A stretch of DNA of 32,000 bases. Origin: a virus. The stretch's first letter is position 1. Each line of letters begins with the position of its first letter. Positions 25,862 through 32,000 of the stretch are shown one piece after another. The notes under the pieces were generated by a model. That model saw only the letters and a program-made list of their open reading frames with translations. It did not search any database and was not told the DNA's origin. The stretch is from the IMG/VR virus record IMGVR_UViG_3300029341_000012, positions 1-32,000 of that record. One strand, 5' to 3'. The position numbers and the translations under genes were made by a program.

Positions 25862-27400
25862 ATGTCCACTGTTTATGTACTTAACAAAGACGGTAAACCT
25901 TTGATGCCTACAACTCGCGGCGGACATGTGCGCCACCTGCTTAAAGAGCAGAAAGCACGAGTCGTAAGAGCAAAACCGTTTACCATCCAACTGCTGTATG
26001 AAACCAATGATGTAGTGCAGCCCCTATATTTAGGCATTGACCCTGGTAGAACCAATATCGGCGTTGCCGTTGTTAAAGCAAATGGAACGGCAGTCTTTAC
26101 GGCACATCTGGAAACTCGCAACAAAGAGGTTCCAAAATTGATGCAAGACCGTAAAAAAGCCCGCCGTGCAAGACGCACAAACGGCAGACGTTGTCGCCGT
26201 CAGCGGAGAGCTAAGGCAAATGGCACCATTTATAAGAAGTGCGTGAAGCAAGATACTGCTCAAAGTAAGAATCCTAGCAAACGTGCAAAAGAAATTGGCA
26301 TCATCAAACGTCGCCTTCCGGGTTATAAGAAAGATGTACTCTGCATTGGTATTAAAAACAAAGAAGCAAAGTACACCAATCGCACAAGACCGGAAGGATG
26401 GCTTACGCCTACCGCGAATCAGTTGCTCCAAACACACATCAATTTGGTGAGAAAAATTCAAAAGTTCCTTCCTATCAGTGATGTTGTGCTTGAAGTAAAC
26501 AAATTTGCGTTCATGCGGCTTGATAATCCTGACATTCAGAAATGGCAGTACCAACAAGGCCCACTCTACCAAAAAGGGAGTCTTGAAAATGCTGTTTCTG
26601 AAATGCAGGAACACCATTGCCTGTTCTGTGATAAACCCATCGACCATTACCACCATGTAGTGCCGCAATCCGAGAATGGCAGCAACACCATTGCCAATAT
26701 CGTTGGTCTATGCGCGGAGCATCATAACCTTGTTCATAAAGATGCTGCCTGGCAAAAGAAACTTGCCGAAGAAAAAGTTGGACTTAACAAAAAGTACGGC
26801 GCTTTGAGTGTATTGAATCAAATCATTCCGGCACTGACGAATAAATTGAGTGTGCTATTTCCAAAGCACTTTTTTGTGACAGCAGGAAAGAGCACCCATG
26901 ACTATCGTGCAACGCACGGTGTAAGTAAAGACCATTGGCTCGATGCTTACTGCATTGCTTGTTCTGTTTTGCCGAGTGATGTTTGTGATAGCAATATCAA
27001 CAATCATATGCCGTATGAGCTGAAACAGTTTCGCCGCCATGCTAGAAGAGCGTTAAACAATGAAAATATGAACCGCGTGTACACGCTCAATGATAAGGCG
27101 GTTGCTATAAATCGGCATAAAGCAACGGAACAAGAAGCTGCCAGCCTAGAAGAATTTCGCAAAGAGCATCCGAATGATGTTTGCAAGCTTAAAGTTAAAG
27201 AGCACCATCCAACATACAGAAACATGAACCGTAACTATCCAGGAAGCATATTTCTTGTTGGAAAGCATGTTCATATAATGCAAGGAATAGCTGGCTCTAA
27301 AGACGGAAAAGCAACAACATACAAAGACTCTAACGCAAACTCAATAACGGCGAGTAAATGCAAATTTGTTGCAAAAAATTCTGGCATATTGTTTGTGTAG
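25862..27400 (+). CDS. iscB: IscB RNA-guided nuclease (RuvC + HNH), copy 2
   Basis: KPLMPTTRGGHVRHLLKEQKARVVRAKPFTIQLLYE; RuvC-I LGIDPGRTNIGVAVV; RKKARRARRTNGRRCRRQRR; RuvC-II VVLEVNKF; HNH CLFCDKPIDHYHHVVPQSENGSNTIANIVGLCAEHH; RuvC-III HWLDAYCIA. AGGAGG RBS. Confidence 0.95.
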   Translation: MSTVYVLNKDGKPLMPTTRGGHVRHLLKEQKARVVRAKPFTIQLLYETNDVVQPLYLGIDPGRTNIGVAVVKANGTAVFTAHLETRNKEVPKLMQDRKKARRARRTNGRRCRRQRRAKANGTIYKKCVKQDTAQSKNPSKRAKEIGIIKRRLPGYKKDVLCIGIKNKEAKYTNRTRPEGWLTPTANQLLQTHINLVRKIQKFLPISDVVLEVNKFAFMRLDNPDIQKWQYQQGPLYQKGSLENAVSEMQEHHCLFCDKPIDHYHHVVPQSENGSNTIANIVGLCAEHHNLVHKDAAWQKKLAEEKVGLNKKYGALSVLNQIIPALTNKLSVLFPKHFFVTAGKSTHDYRATHGVSKDHWLDAYCIACSVLPSDVCDSNINNHMPYELKQFRRHARRALNNENMNRVYTLNDKAVAINRHKATEQEAASLEEFRKEHPNDVCKLKVKEHHPTYRNMNRNYPGSIFLVGKHVHIMQGIAGSKDGKATTYKDSNANSITASKCKFVAKNSGILFV

Positions 27401-27476
27401 TATGAATTAAAAGTAATAAAACCACGAAAAATCTTCAATAGCCGCAAAACCGCAAACATAAGGAGGCAAAACACGT

Positions 27477-28691
27477 ATGAGTAAAAAGATTATCAATATC
27501 ACCGCAGCTGCCATGGCACTCGCCGTGACACTTTCCGGCTGCGCCACAGCTGTGGTTCAGGAACGGAAAGACCAGGCAGCCGCAGCAGCAAGCGCAGAAG
27601 CAGCACAGGCTGCCGTCACAGCAACACCGGAACCGACAGCAGAACCGACCCCGGAACCCATCAATGCCTGGTCTTTGTTGTCGAATCTCCCGGATTTCAC
27701 GCCCGGCACGCTGGACAATCCTGACACTACCTGGCCGGACGGTATTCCGATGGGGCAGAGTCCTTTGTCTTACGATGACGGCAGCAAGTTCTATTCGCTG
27801 CGCAGCGTTGATACCGGCAAAACGCTGGATATCACGGACGTTGCATTACAGGATGTCCGAGATTTGCCTGTAAAGGGATATCTGAAATTGAACGAACTTG
27901 AAAACGGTGATACAGTCATTGGTGAAATCAATGCAGAATCCACAGGCGAAGGCGTAGAAAAGGAAATCAGTGATTTTTCCATTCACACTGCCAGCAAGGA
28001 TGACGGCTGTGACTATTATCCGATTGGATATAACGGCGGCTCACTGACCTTGATGCTGGACGGTCGTGCAGCCAATGATGATGGCATCAATATCGGCGAT
28101 GCGTTCCTTGACGGCCTCTATTATTCGTCTGTCACTCCGGACAAATTCGACGGCTATCCGACCGACGGAGAGCCAGAGGAACAGTTCAACTTCCTGTATG
28201 GTTTGTTTGGCAATCCGTCCGGTCTCTACTGGACAAACAACGATTCTGTCGCTTTCAATTCCAGCAAGCAGTATCGTACCTTTGAAGATTTCCGAGATGC
28301 AGATTATGATGTTGAAATTGGCGGCAAGAACTTCTATCTGGTTTGGAACTATGACGGGTATAGTGTTGTTGCGGCGTGCAACGATACCTTTGACAGCGCT
28401 AATGTGAAGGGCACCACGATTCAGGATATCTACTTGTTCCCGAACATGACAGAAACCAAGTACCTAGTCGAAAATTCCGGCAGCCTGATTAGCGGTTATC
28501 TGGGTTATGGTGAAGTTCCCGTCATCTTGACTGGTACATACGCATCAGTCAACAGTGATTCGACTGTCGAACAGGATACAAGCGCAGAAGAAAACACCGA
28601 CGCTGAATCTGGTGACAATTCCACGGCGGACGAAAACGCTGAGTCCAGTTCCGATGATAACAGCGACAGCTCGGAAAATTCAGATTCCTAA
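27477..28691 (+). CDS. Lipoprotein (404 aa), unknown function
   Basis: Lipobox ALAVTLSGC; low-complexity Ala/Pro-Glu linker; Asp/Ser-rich tail. Confidence 0.85.
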   Translation: MSKKIINITAAAMALAVTLSGCATAVVQERKDQAAAAASAEAAQAAVTATPEPTAEPTPEPINAWSLLSNLPDFTPGTLDNPDTTWPDGIPMGQSPLSYDDGSKFYSLRSVDTGKTLDITDVALQDVRDLPVKGYLKLNELENGDTVIGEINAESTGEGVEKEISDFSIHTASKDDGCDYYPIGYNGGSLTLMLDGRAANDDGINIGDAFLDGLYYSSVTPDKFDGYPTDGEPEEQFNFLYGLFGNPSGLYWTNNDSVAFNSSKQYRTFEDFRDADYDVEIGGKNFYLVWNYDGYSVVAACNDTFDSANVKGTTIQDIYLFPNMTETKYLVENSGSLISGYLGYGEVPVILTGTYASVNSDSTVEQDTSAEENTDAESGDNSTADENAESSSDDNSDSSENSDS

Positions 28692-28706
28692 TTCTTAAAA
28701 AATAGT

Positions 28707-28760
28707 TATTGCGTATTCGTGCGAAACGCATACAATAAAAATTGTATGATAGATAACAGC
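28707..28760 (+). promoter_or_regulatory. Class B promoter plus leader motif
   Basis: TTGCGT-ATTCGTGCGAAACGCA-TACAAT, then AAAAATTGTATGATAGATAACAGC. Confidence 0.65.
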
Positions 28761-28790
28761 ACACATACGCTATAATTTCACAATTCTGAG

Positions 28791-28825
28791 AAGCAGACTA
28801 TCCGTTTGGAGGTCTGCTTTTTTTG
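28791..28825 (+). terminator. Terminator-like hairpin in leader
   Basis: AAGCAGACTATCCGTTTGGAGGTCTGCTTTTTTTG. Confidence 0.65.
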
Positions 28826-28889
28826 TTGGAATTTTGCGGTGCTTTGCTGACGTTTATCGTAACTAAACACTACAAGGAGAAATAAAAAG

Positions 28890-29213
28890 ATGACCGTAAC
28901 AAACACTGTAACAGAAACAGAACACTTAACTCCCCTGCGTTCCGCTGTAGAGCACATCAACTGGAATACTTTGTACCAGCAGAAAATGGCTCTCGAAGAA
29001 GTCTCTGACATGCTCTATGCCAAGAGAAAAGAGGATGACACGTTTGGCAAGGCTTCCGCCTGGCTCGAAAGCGTCATTGCACTCATGGAACGCTTGGGGG
29101 ATGCAGCAGAAGAGGAAGGAAAGTTTAATTATCCCGAACGGGATGAAAACGACAAGCACCTGGATGATAGGTTCAATCATGTGTTGAATCAGTACCCGGA
29201 TGTGGATATCTGA
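28890..29213 (+). CDS. Hypothetical protein (107 aa)
   Basis: AAGGAG RBS. Confidence 0.75.
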   Translation: MTVTNTVTETEHLTPLRSAVEHINWNTLYQQKMALEEVSDMLYAKRKEDDTFGKASAWLESVIALMERLGDAAEEEGKFNYPERDENDKHLDDRFNHVLNQYPDVDI

Positions 29214-29234
29214 CCAGTTCATATCAGGAGGACA

Positions 29235-29480
29235 ATGATGCGGATTAACAGCAGCTGTGTGCTTCACAGCACCACGAGTCTCAACGCAAGAGTTCTTCCG
29301 CTCATTGGACGGGTCGGAACTCTTGAGCTGTCAAGTGGGCAGCCACTCGTATTCAAAACAACAACACCAAAACAACAAGACGTCCTGCGTACCAGCACAG
29401 TAAAAGCTATTGGCTTTGCAGGAAGCAGAATTTTTGTCAAAACCGAAAGAGGAACCCAATACACATTTGAATTTCAGTAA
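29235..29480 (+). CDS. Hypothetical protein (81 aa)
   Basis: AGGAGG RBS; followed by terminator. Confidence 0.6.
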   Translation: MMRINSSCVLHSTTSLNARVLPLIGRVGTLELSSGQPLVFKTTTPKQQDVLRTSTVKAIGFAGSRIFVKTERGTQYTFEFQ

Positions 29481-29487
29481 CAACCAA

Positions 29488-29535
29488 GCGGCCACTAATC
29501 TCATTTTTTTATAGATTGGCGGCCGCTATTTTTTT
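29488..29535 (+). terminator. Terminator-like hairpin
   Basis: AGCGGCCACTAATCTCATTTTTTTATAGATTGGCGGCCGCTATTTTTTT. Confidence 0.6.
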
Positions 29536-29560
29536 ATCAATTTGAAAGGAAGTTTTTATC

Positions 29561-30445
29561 ATGAATTTCATCAATGCCGCCACCAAGAAAGAACGCACCC
29601 ATGTAGAAGAAATCATCAAGTCTCAGCCTGTTATGTCTCATGAAGGCATAACTGCCACTGAGATTGGTATTTGCGGCAAGCAGAATCTTTTCATGGACGT
29701 TTATCGCCCGGATAACGATGCCGAAAAGCATCCGATTATCATCGATATCCATGGCGGCGGCTTGATTGCTGGCCGGAAAGAACAGAATCAGAACCTGGCA
29801 ACCTGGCTCGCTAAGGAAGGCTATCTCACCTTTGTACCGGATTACCGTCTGGTCCCTGAAACCAACATCTTTGGCCAAATCACTGATGTCATCAATGCGT
29901 TTGCTACTGTAGCTGAACGTGCTGAAGATTTCGTTGGTGACTTGAATCAGGTCTTTGTAGTTGCCGACAGCGCTGGCGCATTCCTTGCCTGCATGGCAAG
30001 CTCTATTCTCCGTTATCCTGTCAAGATGCAGCCGGTAGAGGACGAACTGGAAGAGAACGTACCCGAGGCAGCCAAGAAGCTCGTCATCAACGCGATGGGC
30101 CTGCAGAGCGGTATGTATTACATCTACAAGGGCCAGGTAGGTTTGCTTCAGAACTACTATATGTCTAAGGGCTGGAAGAATCACAGTTATGCTGAGTTCA
30201 TCAAGCCTGAAACCTATTCCAAACTCATCCCCCCGTGCTATATCTGCACCGGGAAAAAGGACTTTCTCAAGAAACAGACTTTTGGGTTTAAGAAATGCCT
30301 CGAAAACGAGCGCGTTCACCACGACTACGGGTTTGTTTCCAAGAAGGAAACCGTTCATGCTTTTGCAGCACTGTATCCTGAATCCGAATCCGCAGTCGGT
30401 GTAAACCGCGAGATGATTCGGTTCTTCGACAGTTTCAAAAAATAA
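29561..30445 (+). CDS. Alpha/beta hydrolase (esterase/lipase, hormone-sensitive-lipase-like)
   Basis: IIIDIHGGGLIAGRKEQNQNLATWLAKEGYLTFVPDYRLVPE and VFVVADSAGAFLACM (nucleophile elbow), late HAF. Confidence 0.85.
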   Translation: MNFINAATKKERTHVEEIIKSQPVMSHEGITATEIGICGKQNLFMDVYRPDNDAEKHPIIIDIHGGGLIAGRKEQNQNLATWLAKEGYLTFVPDYRLVPETNIFGQITDVINAFATVAERAEDFVGDLNQVFVVADSAGAFLACMASSILRYPVKMQPVEDELEENVPEAAKKLVINAMGLQSGMYYIYKGQVGLLQNYYMSKGWKNHSYAEFIKPETYSKLIPPCYICTGKKDFLKKQTFGFKKCLENERVHHDYGFVSKKETVHAFAALYPESESAVGVNREMIRFFDSFKK

Positions 30446-30482
30446 TAAAACCAAAAAACAAATAACAAGGAGGCATTTCATA

Positions 30483-30893
30483 ATGACTCACAATGAGTTG
30501 GTTCATGACCTCTGCACTCAAGATTCGATTGTGGTGCAGAACTTTGCTGAGCTGATGCGGTTTGTGCTCGACGGCAAAGCGGAAGTTATCTACGACGGTT
30601 GGATTAACGTCTATGTTCCTATCTGGTTTGATGCTGATATGGCATTTGGCCTTGATTTGAACTCAGAAGAAAATGCAGATTGGATTAACATGTACATTGA
30701 CTGGCATCCGGACGATACCATTCATGCCTATGTATCTTACTGCAACAGTTCTACTGACGACCCCGACTTTACTCTTGAAGTCATCATGAGCCCTCACCAC
30801 CAGGAATTGTTCAATGCGTATTTCAAAGAACAGTTTAAGGCGGTTTATCACATGAGTGTCGAAGAAGCGTGGGCTAAATTCGGCACCGAATAA
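30483..30893 (+). CDS. Hypothetical protein (136 aa)
   Basis: AGGAGG upstream; contained ORF. Confidence 0.75.
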   Translation: MTHNELVHDLCTQDSIVVQNFAELMRFVLDGKAEVIYDGWINVYVPIWFDADMAFGLDLNSEENADWINMYIDWHPDDTIHAYVSYCNSSTDDPDFTLEVIMSPHHQELFNAYFKEQFKAVYHMSVEEAWAKFGTE

Positions 30894-30912
30894 TATAGTG
30901 AGGAGATATATC

Positions 30913-31401
30913 ATGGCACGTAAAGAAATCAAAATTTTCATGGACGCCAAGGAAGCTGCCAGTTTCCTGAAAACTATCGATTGGTCCTGGCTGTTCGGCT
31001 TTCTCAGTGAGCGCTATAACGTTTCGCTCAGCCCTCACAAAGAGCTGAAAGACAACGGCGCAGCAATCATCAAGGTCGAATGGCCTGATGAACTGATTGA
31101 AAAGTGCGGAATGATGGCTGATGTCTTCTCGTCAGTCAAGCTCGTCACGTTCGATTCGTATTTCAAGGAAATCGTGGAATACGATGAAGATAAGTTCAAT
31201 GAAGAACGTGAAGCATGGCTTACCAATCCGACAAAGACGTTCAGCTATCTCGATTGCGAGGGCATCGTCAAGGAACGGACTCTTGCACTGAACATCTCCC
31301 TTCGCTATACGCTGTATGACGGAGGCTACAATTTCGCAACGCTGCTCTATGCGGTTTATTCCGATGTGAACGGCTGGACTATCCAAATGGAAAAGGAGTA
31401 A
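30913..31401 (+). CDS. Hypothetical protein (162 aa)
   Basis: GAGGAG RBS before ATG 30913; stop overlaps next start. Confidence 0.75.
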   Translation: MARKEIKIFMDAKEAASFLKTIDWSWLFGFLSERYNVSLSPHKELKDNGAAIIKVEWPDELIEKCGMMADVFSSVKLVTFDSYFKEIVEYDEDKFNEEREAWLTNPTKTFSYLDCEGIVKERTLALNISLRYTLYDGGYNFATLLYAVYSDVNGWTIQMEKE

Positions 31402-31949
31402 TGGCAATGGTTGAAATGGCATTTAAGGTAAATCCCGGCACCACTTTCTACAAGAATTATTTCGCGACAAAGGAGGAAAAAGCGCATTTCATTGAAATTG
31501 CAAAGCAGTTCTTCGACAAATATTTCCCTGATGAGAAGCTCTCGTATGTTTTAAATGACCGACTGACTGTTGATTTGAAGCCGGAGCTGCTCGCCAAATA
31601 CGAATCTCAGGTTATGAAACGCCGTGACCCTCACGGTTTTGTCATCTTCAAACAGCGTTCGCCCATGAACTGCCTGTGGGAAGATGAGGTCTGTAAGAAC
31701 GTGAACGGCAAGAAATTCCTTGCCAACCAGTTCTGGTGGGCCGACTTCAACGGTTCTGGCCGCATCACTACGGAGCTGTGGGATGATGAGCAGGGAAATA
31801 TCTACGGATATTATTCCTGCGAATATGCAACTCGCAGCACTAAGGTTCCAGACACCGTTACGCAGATTAAGCTGAGTGAATATCACGCGGCTTACGAAGC
31901 ATACACGGAAGCCAAAAAAGCAACTGCTGACGCCGCTGCTACAGCTTGA
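31401..31949 (+). CDS. Hypothetical protein (182 aa)
   Basis: Coupled start (TAATG) or ATG 31407. Confidence 0.75.
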   Translation: MAMVEMAFKVNPGTTFYKNYFATKEEKAHFIEIAKQFFDKYFPDEKLSYVLNDRLTVDLKPELLAKYESQVMKRRDPHGFVIFKQRSPMNCLWEDEVCKNVNGKKFLANQFWWADFNGSGRITTELWDDEQGNIYGYYSCEYATRSTKVPDTVTQIKLSEYHAAYEAYTEAKKATADAAATA

Positions 31950-32000
31950 CGCTGCTTGCGATGCCGGTAAAATTGTGAATGTACGATAGATAGCATCTGC
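31946..32000 (+). promoter_or_regulatory. Class B promoter plus leader motif, truncated by window end
   Basis: TTGACG-CTGCTTGCGATGCCGG-TAAAAT, then TGTGAATGTACGATAGATAGCATCTGC. Confidence 0.65.

Noticed and set aside
28834-28861. Thirteenth class A promoter TTGCGG-tgctTTGCTGacgttt-ATCGTA
   Set aside because: -35 and box spacing fit, but the -10 is too poor to count.

Overview
This 32 kb window looks like accessory DNA from a large mobile replicon (huge phage or megaplasmid) of a gut Firmicutes-like host. That origin is inferred from gene style, not proven. From the left it holds a dense tRNA array (Trp, Glu, Phe, Tyr, Glu, Ser, one Ser-like with an odd anticodon loop, plus two broken tRNA remnants), then about 30 mostly small same-strand ORFs. 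Recognisable products are a Cro/C1-type HTH protein, an ASCH-like protein split by a frameshift, a tail-tip-lysozyme-like membrane/secreted protein, a DUF4176-like protein, a DUF5684-like membrane protein, a complete NAD-dependent DNA ligase (LigA), an InlB/Flg_new-repeat exported protein, a GHKL-fold ATPase, a lipoprotein and an alpha/beta hydrolase. Two divergent IscB-type (RuvC + HNH, PLMP N-terminus) nucleases each have a structured upstream region consistent with omegaRNA/HEARO RNA, and there are several orphan IS200/IS605-type end hairpins. The most unusual pattern is a promoter architecture seen 12 times: TTGnnn-N4-kTGCGA-N6-TAnnAT (the first copy has shifted internal spacing and one has a 17-nt spacer). 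It falls into two classes. Class A has a short leader directly before the RBS. Class B has a precisely positioned transcribed motif (TG-TACGATAGATAnCATC starting 6 nt after the -10). At the sites fully inside the window this is followed by a leader that can fold, usually into a terminator-like hairpin ahead of the next ORF. This suggests an element-wide regulatory (attenuation/antitermination) system.
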